37,016 nucleotides of DNA, from contig JAVLKG010000021.1 in the NCBI GenBank assembly GCA_032128875.1, positions 1 to 37,016 of the forward strand, given 5' to 3'. Numbering within the stretch: the stretch's first letter is position 1; the number at the start of each line of letters is the position of its first letter. The DNA comes from Candidatus Melainabacteria bacterium 17Bon1m (GTDB lineage Bacteria > Cyanobacteriota > Vampirovibrionia > Obscuribacterales > Obscuribacteraceae). Both the position numbers and the translations under genes were made by a program. The notes beneath the pieces are model-generated. The model searched no databases and had not been told where the DNA came from. It saw only the letters and a list, made by a program, of their open reading frames with translations. Positions 1 to 12,900 of this stretch are shown in pieces.

Positions 1-369
1 CAACACAAAGGTTCTGTAAGTGTTGAATCCAACGGTCACAACGTAGTTCTTGCTCCAGGTCGCCACGTGATGATCACGAAGCACCACACAGCAGAATTCG
101 CACAAATCAACGCTGTCGAAACCATCGCTCACCGCAACGTTCAAAGCACCGTCAAGAACGGTCACAGAGCACATACCTCTGAGTTCTCGGTCTTGACCGC
201 GATCGACACAGTAAAACCGCTTAAGGCATTGGCGACGTCGAAGCACTCGCATGCAAAACAAATCGCAGAGCGCATGATGAAGACAACAGCCATCATCTTG
301 CAGCTCGGTGGCGGCAGCGGCGGACAGTATCAGCACTACTTCAAGCCACGCATGACCGCGAAATTGTAG
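1..369 (+). CDS. 3' end of a surface-protein paralog (conserved C-terminal domain), truncated by the window edge
   Basis: Frame +1 is open from base 1 (QHKGSVSVESNGHNVVLAPGRH...QYQHYFKPRMTAKL*). It aligns without gaps to 15455-15823; by manual count about 87% nt and about 92% aa identity. Confidence 0.92.
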   Translation, partial: QHKGSVSVESNGHNVVLAPGRHVMITKHHTAEFAQINAVETIAHRNVQSTVKNGHRAHTSEFSVLTAIDTVKPLKALATSKHSHAKQIAERMMKTTAIILQLGGGSGGQYQHYFKPRMTAKL

Positions 370-389
370 GACGATGCCATGCCTCACTC
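366..389 (+). repeat. Degenerate GTAG-type REP-like element overlapping the stop codon
   Basis: GTAGGACGATGCCATGCCTCACTC aligns to GTAGGGGCGACGCCATGCATCGCCC at 15820-15844, at the same position relative to the stop codon; the stem has decayed. Confidence 0.6.
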
Positions 390-925
390 GGTTCGAGTGT
401 GCGACTGTTTTTAGTTCTGTGCGCACGCAGAATGATGGCCGCCAGAAGTTAAAGCGTTATCGCTCCAACTTCTGTAGTCCATGTCGGTGCTACATAAATA
501 GGTAAGGCTGCCTGACAAATATTCGTGTCATTTGTTTGGTATCCAACATTCTGGAGTGGCCAGCTTGGCGCTTCTATCTCCGGGAATTTTTCAGTCCCGT
601 AACCATGGTTTTATGGCAAATCTTTTAGATGGACACATTTGTCTGCAATCAAAATGCGCCGCACCGGCTGTGTACACGCTTGTAGCAAATTAGATACGGG
701 CGCGAAAGCCGCAATGGTCCTTCGATTAAGCGTGTCTTAATAGCACTTCATTGTCCGCTTTGATACGCTTTGGCATTGGGTACCTCGGTATCCACTATCA
801 ACTGCCACTTTGCCGAGCTAGCAGTTTGTTTCTAAAAGTCGCACCGACTTGTCTTCAAGTCGCTACGCCTTTTAGTCGTTTGGCATTTGTTTTCACTTGG
901 GCACTGGAAACTGGAGAACACACTT

Positions 926-3900
926 ATGGGAACGACCAGATTCGTGAAGATCAGCCTTAGCAGCATGGTCTTCAAGAAAACTTTCTCGTTGCTTACGGTC
1001 TTCCTCTTCCTTGCTTCGAGTAACCTGTCTACCGTCGCCCTCGCAGAGGGCGCGCGTCACGCTGCTTTCGAACAGTTCCAACTCGAAAATCCGGGGCTCG
1101 ACAAGAAAGAGCTGAACCAGATGTTCAAACAAGAATGGAGAATGCAGCGCGCCAACGACAATGACGTCCGAGATCTCGTCAACCCAGTCGATGCTTCTGC
1201 TGCTGTAATCAACAACCAAAACAACATTCAGCAGCAAATCGATAGAAACGATTTTGCGACGAAGGCAGAGTGGCAAGCAGCAAAGCAAGCATTCAAGCTA
1301 GAGCAGAAAGCTATCTCCAATAATCTGAATCAAACAATTCAGCAGACTTCAAACAACAAACTCGTCAGTATCAATCACGGTTTCTCACTGGATCTTACCT
1401 CTGCAGTAGAAAGCATTACTTTAGGCGACAAGCTTTTCCAAGGACAAAATTCAGTAGTTATCAATGTTGGCGGGCAGGACAAAACAGTCAGTGCCGGTTC
1501 GAAAGTAACCGCGGCAGAGTATGTTGCTGCCAGACAAGCACTGGGTGGCGGGTCGCAAACCGTCACACTTGATGCCGACGGACGCGCAACCGGCGGACAG
1601 GTCGATCTCTCGGCAATGACTAGCGGCAATCAGACAATGAAGGTGCGCGATCTCACCGTTCCAGTCGCCGTAACTGCCTCTGGTGATTTTGGCAAAGGTG
1701 GCGATGTCCGAATCCTCGGCGACCTGACCAACGCCGGAAGCATCGTTGCTTATTCGTCTGACAAGAACATCAACAATGCTGGAATTTTCGCAGATAACAT
1801 CACTAACACCGCAAGCGGAAATATCACATCGCAGCTCAACGACGTCGCCAAAAACAATGGTGGCGTTGTTTCGGATTTGAACCTGAGTTTGCGCGCCAAT
1901 GATTTCCTGACTAACTATGGCAATATCGACAGCGCAGGTGATTTGAACTTGTCTGCCGGCATCTCAGTGAAGAACCTCGGCGCTAGCTCGACATTGACCG
2001 CGGCTAAGACCGTCAATATCGAAACGCCCCATGTAGTGAATCAAGGCAGTGTTGCTGCTTTGGGCGGAAACGTGAACATCGCTGCGCCTCTAGCCACCGA
2101 TCTATATGTAAGTGGATACGGCGGAAACGTTCAAGCACTTAGCGGTGATATTAATATTGGAACAACCGGTCAAGTCGAGAAAATCAATACGACCATTCAC
2201 GGTGGCGACTGGAAAGCGAACAGCTTCAACATCACATCCGGTGATGGACATATTCTTGTTCAAGCTAACTCGATAGATGCTCCCGTAAATGCAACAGCAG
2301 GTTCCGGCGTCATCGGTGTGACTCAAGGTGACATGACGACTGGGCGAATGACTTTCAGTGGAGACCCGATAATCTTCTCCCAATTCGGCAACGTCAATTT
2401 GACTGACCAAGTTGCTGTAGGTGCTCCGATCACAATTTTGGCTGGTCAGAATATCACGGGCTCTGCGCAAACGATATTTTCCGGAAATTCATCAGGCTCA
2501 GGTGGAGATATCACACTCATTGCAGGTGCAAACATTAGCGCAGCTTCTGGAAGAGTGATTGTTTCAGGCGCTAGTGGCGCCGGGGGTAGTATCAACCTCG
2601 CTAATCTCAATACTCTTGATTCGAGTGGTTCCATAGATGGTGGCGATGTTCTACTCGTGGCTTTTAAAGGCAGTATCAGTCTTTCGCCATCCCTGACAAT
2701 ACAAACCGGCGGTGGCGGCTCAGGTGTTAATGGTAACGTGACAGCTATTGCAGGCGCTACTTCTGGAACTGGAATATCACTTCCAAGCATAAACACGACG
2801 GGTGGCACTGGAGGTGGCGGGAATGTCACGCTCGCTAACGCCACGCCTACGATTGTTGGACCTTTCGTTGAATATAGCGGAACCACCGGCGCTCTCGTAT
2901 CTGGATCTTTTGGAATAGGCACGCGGCAGTCTGGCGCGACCTTATTCGTGAATCAAATCACCGCTGGGAATGGCAATGTTTCATTGTTGGGAGGCTCTTC
3001 GCTAAATTCTATCCAAGTGAATTCCGCGAATTCATTTTCAGCCAGCTCGCTTGGAACCTTGGATTTAGGCTCGACTAGCGCGCAAACTATTTCTGGTGCA
3101 GCAAGCGGTGATATCACTCTGTTCGGCTCTCTTGCAGCGCCGGGAGGCATACTCCTTGTGTCCGGACAAGACATTGTTTCGAATGCCCTTGTCACTTCTA
3201 ACATCAGCCTGAATGCTTCCAGAGCAAATGGTGACGCTGGAAATATTTCGATGGTTGCTGGCGCCGCTTATACAGAGAACGCTAACAACGTACAAGTTAC
3301 TGGTCGTTCTGCAACCGGCGGCTCAATCAATTTGACCGCTACCACAGGTTCTGTCTCTACTCAAGTCACTTCTGGTAGTGGCTCCGGCGGAGCAGTAAAT
3401 CTCATCGCTTATACAGATGCAGGGTTTACGCAAGGCGGACAAATTCTCATGCCTGGCTATCCCATAGCCACTGATGGAAGCATCGTCAGCGGCGACGTCA
3501 ACGTTGTAGCCGAACGTCCGAGCGCAACTGCCATTCAGTTGAATACCGTCAACACAATGTCATCAAATCCCAGCAACCAAACTGGGAATATTTATCTGCG
3601 GACTGCCACGCCATTTTCAACAATTACATTCTCCACGCTGACACCTGGATTTGCCGGTACCAATAATTCCTTTATGCAAGGTACCTTGCAAGCTGGCGAT
3701 ATTATTTCGTCGACGTTGACTGCGCAAGGAGGCTTAATTCGAATCGAATCTGGAAGAAATATTCAGATCGGTAATATCACCAACAATATCGGAACTGGTC
3801 TGGGTGGCAACGTCACTATTCTCACCAACGGCACTTCTGCCCTACAGGTAGGTGGGGCCGGAGCCAATTTCACCGGCACAATTTCTGCAAATGTTGACAC

Positions 3901-6900
3901 CACAGGCATGGTCAGAACCATTTCAATCACCAACCTTGGCACCGCCGGAATTGACGTTATTTCGTTGCCGACTCAGTCAGTAACTACTCAAGGTCGAGGC
4001 GGTTCGCTGATTTTGGATGCCGATAACGGCACTCTTACTGTTTCTGGAACCATTGATAGAAACGGAGTGGGAACCAATAGTGACGGTGGAAGCATTATCC
4101 TGCGAGGCGCAAGTATTGCAAATCCAAGTGGTAATCTCTTTCTTACCGCTAATGCGACAGGCACTGGCAGTGGTGGCTCGACACTCGTTGAAACAGAGAC
4201 GGGAGCTATCACCGTAGGTACGGGCGCTACTCAAATAAGAGCTACTGCCAATGGTACCGGTGGCACCGTTGAGTTTCGATCTGGTGGCGGTATGAGTGTG
4301 CAAACGGCTATCAGCGCTGATCACGTAATTTTGCAGTCGAGCGGCGGCGGTTTGTTTTTCAATAATTCAGTTACTGGAAATAGTGATGTTACTCTCACTA
4401 CTCTTGGTTCTTCAACCATGAGCGGTACTGGTTCCATCAATACAAATGTATTGAATATCAACGCTGACTCCGGCGCAGTCACCCTGTTCACTGGAGCGAC
4501 CAGTGTAAGTATCAATACGAATTCAACTGTCACTCTCACAGAAGACAGTGACCTCACAATCAACGCTGGCACTACAGGCGCTGGCGATCTCAATATCTCT
4601 ACGATCGGAAATCAAAACTTCAACGGCAATTTTAGTGCTGCTAACTATTTGCTCACAGTTAACGGTAACTTTTCTCTAGGTGGAACTGGTGTGTTGTCTT
4701 CAGCCGGACAGTTAAACATCACTTCTCTGTCACCTGCTGGGCAAGCTGTTTTGAATACTGACGTCGCTACCCTGGTCGCTGGTTTTGAGGGAGCTGTAGA
4801 AATTAATGAAGCTAACAGTATAAGTTTGGGCAACACCCTTTCTGTGACGCACCTGAGGGTTAATGCAGGCGGCAGCATAAATGTAAATGGCGCGGTGACC
4901 GCGCAGAGAATTACACTCCTTTCAAAAGGAGAGATAGCAATCGCAAATGATATTTCTGCTCTGGGCGGAGGCGCTGGCTCCGGTCTCTTGCTTGTAGCTG
5001 CTGGAAATATTAGGACGTCTGCTGCAAACGTGGACATCACCACCGGCGTCTCTGGTGGGCAAGGGGGCAATATTGTAATGATTGCCGGCGCTGACTATGT
5101 CAATGCCGGTGCAAGCTCTATTCAGATTACAGGCGCATCTGCTTTGGGTGGAAATATCAACTTCGACACTACTGATATTTCATCGCTTAGAACAAGCAGC
5201 GTTAACGCCGGAAGCTCTGGTGGCGACTTGACACTTGTTGCCTACAACAGTGCAAACCCGCTTACCGGGAGGGTTCTGTTGCCCAGTTCATCAAGCTTGA
5301 TTACTTCCGGCAACGGTGGCGCTTCTGGAAATGTAGTAGTCGTTGGAAGCGGGACTGGCACGCAAGTGCAAATTGGGGCCGTAAACACTTCTGGTGGCAC
5401 GAGTGGTGGAAGCATCGATATTGCAACTTCTACTCTATCCAACCCCGTCTTCGTTTCAACTGGAATGCCAACATATACTGCTGGCGCCTTCTTTGATGAT
5501 CTAGGACCGGGAGCGATCACAACTGGTGCGCTAACTACATCCAGCGGCAACGTCTGGGTAAGAACTGACGGTGCAATCAACCTTGGTGCCATAAACACGA
5601 CTGCAACTGTCTCCGGTGCAAAGGGCGGCGATGTCAGAGTTGGTGGAGATGATCGAATAGCTAATTTGACTTTGTCGACCATTACAGCAAACGGACTGGG
5701 CTCTGGTCGGGGCGGCGATGTTGTAATCGATGCTAACGGGCTTGTGGTCGGAGTCATTAACGCGAACGGCGGAGCAACGGGGGCTGGCGGCTCAGTCATC
5801 GCAACCCACACTAATGATAATTTCGCTACAACTGTCTTCGATGAATTGGTCAGCGCGGCAGGTAATGGTGGCGGTAATGGTGGCACCATCAGATTGAAGA
5901 ATTTGGGTATTGCAGGTCTTCGGATCTCCGGTAATGACATTGCGGTTGGTACTGGAGGATCGATTGGTGGAACTATTGAGCTTGACGCCGGCACCGGCCA
6001 GACCAGTACTAGATATCTGATCATCAGCAACGCCGACTGGAACGTAACCGGTACAACCTCCAACGGACAAATACTGTTGACTGGCAACAGCATCGAATTT
6101 ACCGGAGCAGGACCCGCCACGCTCAATGCCGGATCCACCTCATCTACATCTGGACTTGTCCAGCTGAATTCTTCTGGTGCCAACACAGGTCTCAATATCC
6201 GCACCTACGGCAATAACCTGAATCTGTCGGGTGGCACAGTTACTGTTAACGATGCCATCAGAACCGTCGGTGGAAATCTGACGGTTAATGCCGGTACAGG
6301 AGGATTCAGTGGAATATACGTCAGCACCAGTGATACAAATCCTCCAAATGGTGCCAGCGGAAACATCATCATAAATTCTGCTGGGAACATTGATGGAGGT
6401 ACATTCGACACCAGTACTTCAGGTTCGGCTACCACAGCAGGTTCCATCAACCTCAACCTGACTTTTGGAACTGGAACTATAGACTCTCTGAACTTGTTTG
6501 CTATGGATGGTAATACCGGCACCAATACCATCACGGTAACCGCTAATTCTGGTTCTCTCCTCAATCTCGGAAGCGTGCGTACAAACGGCGGAACTGTAGG
6601 CGGCAACATCTCGATCACTAATTCTGGCACCGGCGGAATTGATGCATCCGATTTGGTAGCTGTTGGTACGACTACGAAAGGCGATGTGACCTTAAGCTCC
6701 TCTGGCGGATTGAGTTCTGCATCAGTCTATGCTGATCAATTCAATGTCAATTTTGTAAGTGGTAGTGCAAGTTTTACAACTGAGATTAGTAGTTTCAACG
6801 CGACCGCACCTTCAGGCTCGCTCACCATCAATGAGAGAGATGGAGTCGACATCGGTGTCGTTAGTCTCAATTCTCTTACTGTAAATGCAGGGAATTTTGC

Positions 6901-9900
6901 AGCAGGTGATATCGTGGCCACTGCGAACATTTCAGTTCCTGGAACTTTGACGTTGCACAATGCCAATGGAGCAATTCAGCTTAACAACAGCATCAGCGGC
7001 ACTACATCAGTAACTCTCGATGCTGAAGGCATAGCTCAACTAGGAGGCACGATCTCAGGCGGTTTGCTAACGGTCAACATGGCCAGTGGAATCAGTACTC
7101 TTACGACAAATGTGTCCCAGCTCCGTACCAATGTTGCGACTGGGTCTACTCTGTCCATTCAAGAAGCTAATGGTATTGAATTGTTGGACATTGTGGGCGA
7201 CACAATTACAGTGACCGCAGGAATGCTAGGCGCCGGAAATATAACAACTGCAAACGATATATCTGTGGGCACCTTGGAACTGGTCAATCAAAATAGCTCG
7301 TCGAACATTGTCTTAAGCAACAATATCGATGCGACAAGCCAGCTTCGCCTCACGGTGACTGGAAATGGCAATATAAGCCAAACAGCTGGCACGCTTACAG
7401 CTTCGCAATTCATAGTAAACGTTGGTGATGGATCTTTCGAACATCAGGGCGGCACAAGCGCTCAAATTCAAGGCGTCGGAGGATTTGGTCCCTTCATTGA
7501 CTTCAATTCGAACAATGGAAATCTAAATGTCGAAAACGTCGGACCAGGTTCTCTAACCTTCCTGAATTTTGTTGGAAACAGTCTAACTGCGAAGTCCAGC
7601 ACAATAGAGCTTGATAACGGCATCTTCATCGGTCTCACTAGTGACGCCAATTTGCTCACTAATGTCTTGAATCTCCATGGATCAACAATTGATACCACTA
7701 ATGGTGTCATTACCGTGTCTTCCATCAGTGGCGGATTAACTGTAGATGGTGGCAGCGGTGGCGTGCTAAATAGCACAAAGTATGCTCCTGGCAGTCCCGG
7801 ATTCCCAAATACTCCTGGAGTTGTTCTCAACTCGAACGGAGGATATCTCACGATCGCCGGCGACGTTACCGTTGCGTATGACTCTGAATTCAACGTCGGA
7901 AATCGCGATCTGATCGTAAGCAATTCCGCCAACTGGTACAGTGATTACAACATTTCGGTCAACGCACGTAATATCGAGTATCAGGGAGCCGGCCAGATTA
8001 CGGCTAACAATCTCATTTTTACGTCCAGCGCTCACAACGGCACTATAATCAATACCAGTGGCGATGTCACTCTCACTAGCGATCTGACTTTCAATGGACA
8101 AGACCTGGCGATTGTCGCAAGCGGCAACATCATTGCGTCTGGAATTACGTCCATCAACTTGAATAGTTCAAGCGGCAATGGCGGCAATCTGCATTTGGTC
8201 GCCGGCTACAATGCTACGCCTTCCAGCGGTGGACAGATTCAGACCTCAAATCCGTTCACGATTACGACAGCCGGAACTGGCAGCGTCAATCTCGGGGCGG
8301 TCACCATCAATACCAGCGCAACCGGAGCAACCGGTGACGCCGGCGATGTAGTTGCCGTCGCAAGCAACGGCTCCGTAAGCCTTGGTGACATCACCGCTAC
8401 ATCAACTAATGGAGTTGGTGGCAACGTACTTGTCGTTGGTCAGACTGGAGTGAATGTAACCGAAATAAACGTGACCGGTGGATCGGCAGGTGGAAACATC
8501 GAGCTTTCTGTGTCTGCTCCGCAGATTGTTGGCGGACCAATTAAGATTACTGATGGTGCTGTTGAAAATGGATCGTTTGCTGCTGGAACTACGGCTACTG
8601 CTGGCAATCTTCTTTTCCGCGGTACCACCGGTGCTGATGAAGTGACGTTTAGAACCGGAAGTGGGACTGTCAACCAGATCTTTGGCGGTGTGCTTAGAGC
8701 GAACACCCTGAACTTCCTTGCCGGCACAGGCGCTGTTTTACTTGATTACATTGCAGTCGGCACAGTGAATAGCGATTCACAGGGTTCGGTCACATTGAAC
8801 AACCAGTTGGGCAATGTCATCTTAGGCAATATCACAGGTGCGAACCAACACTTCATTCTCGGCACCGCGCAAAACATCACAACAAGTTCGGACATCAGCA
8901 TTGAATATATAAACTTAGCTGCCGTCAGTCTTACTTCTCAAATTAACCTTTTGCATAACATCACCGGGTCTTCTGGCGTGACCCTGTATGCCAGAGATTC
9001 GTTTACCCAGACATCTGGAACCAAAATAAGTGGTGGTGATTTGGTCCTTGGTCATTTCGCTACAACAACTTTGGCTACCAATGTCAATACTCTTTCAACC
9101 AGTGGAACTTCAACCGCCACGCTGACTATCAACGAAGACAATGGCATTCAGCTTCTTGGTCAGAGCGGAAATGTTCGAGTCAACACTTTGGGCGCCGGCA
9201 ACATCACAACAGGGAATAACATGAGTTTGACCTCTATTGTGCTTGATACAAGTGTTGGTGGGGGCAACATTATTCTTGGTCACAACGTGACTGGCAGTGC
9301 TAGTGTAGAACTGCGCACAGGCAATGGTGGTTCCATAACTCAGAATGCCGGCAAAATCAGCGGTGGAGTGCTTACCGTCTCCAATCCGGGTGGAAACACG
9401 ACACTTTCAACTAACGTGACTAGCTTGGCTGTTCAAGACTTATCTAGCCTCGTTATCAATGAAGATGATGGTATCGCAATAGGTGGCAACACCAATGGCG
9501 GTTCATTGACCGTGAATGCAGGTGTAGTCACAGCTGGCGTGCTGTCAACTAATGCCACTGTAGCGGTTGGAGCGGGAAGCATTACACTCAACTCGCAAAG
9601 CGGCGGCGGTTCAATTCAACTGAACAACAGTCTGAATTCGAGCGGTAGCATCAGTTTGACGGCTGTAGGTGATCTGTCTCAGACAGCCGGCAAAATCACT
9701 GCCGACCAACTCACAATTCATAGTGGCGGCAGTACTGCAGTCACTCTCTCTACCGACATCAATCAATTCAATGCGGGGGGCATATTCGCTCCGCTGACGA
9801 TTAATGAAGACAATGGCATCGCTGTCAGATCAGTTGTGGGCTACACAGCAAACAATCTGACCATCAATTCAGGTGTTGTATCCCCAGGCAATATCACGAC

Positions 9901-12900
9901 TGCTGGGAACATCAGCGTGAATGCAGGCTTGACCTTGAATGCACAGGGTGCTGGATCAGACATTGTTCTATCTCACAGCACAAGCGGAAATGCTGGTACT
10001 TCAGTCGTTCTGTCCGCCGCAGACACTATTCAGCAAACTGCGGGAACAATTACCGCTGGTTCTCTGACAGTCGGATTTGCGAATGGTTCGGTCAGTTTGA
10101 ATACCAATGTCAATCAACTCACCACTACTGGTGGGGACTCGCTGACAGTAACCGACGTAAATGGGGTTATTCTCAATGCGCAAGCAGTAACGAACCTGAC
10201 GGTCAATACGACTGGACCTATCACCACGAATACCAATATTTCAATTGCCGGTCTGCTGACATTGAATGCTTCTGGTAGTGGCAACATAAATCTCAACCAT
10301 GACGTTAACGGCACCACCGGCGTGACACTCAATGCTTTGGGAACGATCAGCCAAACAGTAGGAACGACAGTGTCCGGTGGCGCGTTGTCGGTAGGATTTG
10401 GCACTACTCCTTTGACACTGAAAACCAACGTGTCTTCACTCACAACGACCAGCGTCGGCTCTCTAACCATCAACGAAGACAATGGCATTCAGTTAAATGC
10501 ACAAACAGTCGGCTCGTTGACGGTGAATGCTGGTCTGCTCGCAACAGGCAATATCACAACCGGTGCTGCGATCACCACTAATACCTTGGTTTTGGACAAT
10601 GATAATTCGAGTGCTTCCTCAATCATCTTGTCCCACGATGTGACCGGTACCACGTCTGCAACCTTGCGAGCAACTGGCGATATCACAAACGCAGTAGGAA
10701 CCTCGCTTACCGCAGCTACATTCTCAGCTGACGCAATTGGAAACATAGGAGCAGGATTAGCAACTCCGTTTAATATCAATTCCTCTAACATCACTGCGCG
10801 TTCGACAAATGGCAGTGTTGCCCTCTCAAATGCTGCTACTGGAAATGTCAATGTTCAAACCAACAGCTTTGCGAATGCAGCTAATGGCACCTGGTCACTG
10901 ACTTCAGTAAATGCTGGCGGGACCACCACTAATGTGACCGGAGATATAACGGCAAACAACATTAGTGTTGTTTCTCAAAACGGATCTCTTTCGGCTTCGG
11001 GTAATTTGCAAGCAACTAGCACTCTTACACTGGGTGCTGCAAATGACATTACGAATGCAGCATTTACAGGAACGCTTACCGGCAGCAATCTAGTGTTGTC
11101 GTCAACACTCGGCAGTATCGGTAGCGCCGACGGCAGCGTTCGTTTCGTTACTTCATTTGCAAACGTAGAAGCGGATGCTGCAGGTTCTGTCTACCTCACT
11201 GGAAACAATGCCGGAGGGACCACAATCAATGGCACCATCAGTTCTGCAGGTAATGTGTTTGATGCTCTTGCCGCTCAAGGAAATCTGACTGTGGGCTCCG
11301 GAACAACAGTTTCCGGCTCTACCATCAGACTCCGGTCGGCAAATAGCTCAGTAGTTATGACCGGAAATGCAACAGCCAGCAGCAGTGTCAGTTTGACGGC
11401 CGCCAACGACATCATGGGCACGGGTCTTGTGACTGCGACCCTTGGCGGAATCGTTTCGCTAACTGCCACCAACGGCAACATCGCAGGAGATGGCGTATCC
11501 ACCAACTTCAATACGGCTGCGGGAACCTTGACGCTGGATGCGAATAACGCATATATCAGCAACACAGGCAACATGCAACTTGCAGGGGCAAATTTCGGTG
11601 GCACTGGCACGATTTCCGTGACAAATGCTGGTAACTTGAATGTTATTTCTTCTGTATCCGCTGACTCTGTTTCGCTTACGACTACGTCGGGCGGCAACTT
11701 ATTGTTGAGTGCCGGCGTTACTGGCGTGAGTGACGTTACACTGACATCGGCTGGTACGATTGGCAACAGCAATTCTTCAGTAATATCGACCGCTGATATC
11801 ACGTTTAATTCCGTCAGCAATATTGGCTCGCCGAGTGCTCACATGCTGGTGACAAACAGCGGCAGTCCGCTTGCACTCAAAGTCAACACCAACGCCGATT
11901 GGTGGATTGATATTCTCGACAATAGCTTGGTCAATTTGAACGCATCTACAGGTGATGACGGCACATTGGTAGCGACTGGAGGTGTTAACACCAATGGCAA
12001 TACCACTCTGACTGGCACGCTTGATATCACGACCAGCTCCATCAATGTTGAGAACGACAGCCTTACGGCTAACATCATCAACATTCACGCTGTACCTAAC
12101 GCAAACCTCAATATTGATGGCGGCCTCAATGGAGGCACGTTCAATTCAACAGTTTCCACAACCTGGTCCGCTAGTGGCAACGGGGACATCATCTTGTCCG
12201 GCGTTATGACTATGAATGGAGAAACTTTCATCACCACGGATAATACCGGTGAAGTAAGAGTTAATAACCTTGCAGATTACACTGGCAACGATGCCGTTAC
12301 CGTCACAACTGGAAGGTACACAATCGTTGGAAACGGGCGTCTCGCTGGTGATCCGCTTACCTTTGACATCACAAGCCGAACCATAGCTAACAGCAATGGT
12401 AATGTAACACTCGACGGGGACATCATCTTCGTTGGTGGAGACTATGCCATCATTGCGTCCGAAAACATCAATTTCGGTACTGCTACAAATATCAGCCTCG
12501 CGAACGGGGCTGGTAATGGCGGTAACCTGACCATGATTGCAGGATACAACTTCTCCCCTGCGACGAGCGGTCAGGAAAATTCTGCAGAAGAATTCACCTT
12601 CGATGGAACTCAGTCAACTAAAGGTGGCTCCATCGATATGACAGGAGTGACTATCTCTCTAAATGGCACCGGCAACGGTGGCAATCTCCTGGTCGTCGCT
12701 CAAGGTCAAACTGGCGTCGGCTCAAATGCCGGCACCGTAGTCCTCGGAAATGTAAACACTTTCGGAGGCGTTAACGGTGGCGCAGTGACAGTCCTCGCTA
12801 GTGGCGGAATTGAAACAGGATCGCTGGTCTCTAGCGGAGGTTCGAGTGGCGTCGGAGGTTCTATCACTCTCAACGTCGGAAACACTGCGTTGTCTGGTGG

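Noticed and set aside
1-369. Template/variable repeat pair of a diversity-generating retroelement (with 15455-15823)
   Set aside because: Differences are mostly synonymous and not adenine-specific, both copies are coding, and there is no reverse transcriptase in the window.
684-722. AGCAAA...GGGCGCGAAAGCCGC, resembling a c-di-GMP-I riboswitch upstream of gene 2
   Set aside because: The GNRA-capped stem between GCAAA and GGxCGCAAAGC is missing, and I cannot build the downstream pairing. A cmscan against RF01051 would settle it.
887-925. TTG start given by the ORF track
   Set aside because: ATG 926 has a well-spaced GGAGA and gives a more normal signal peptide.
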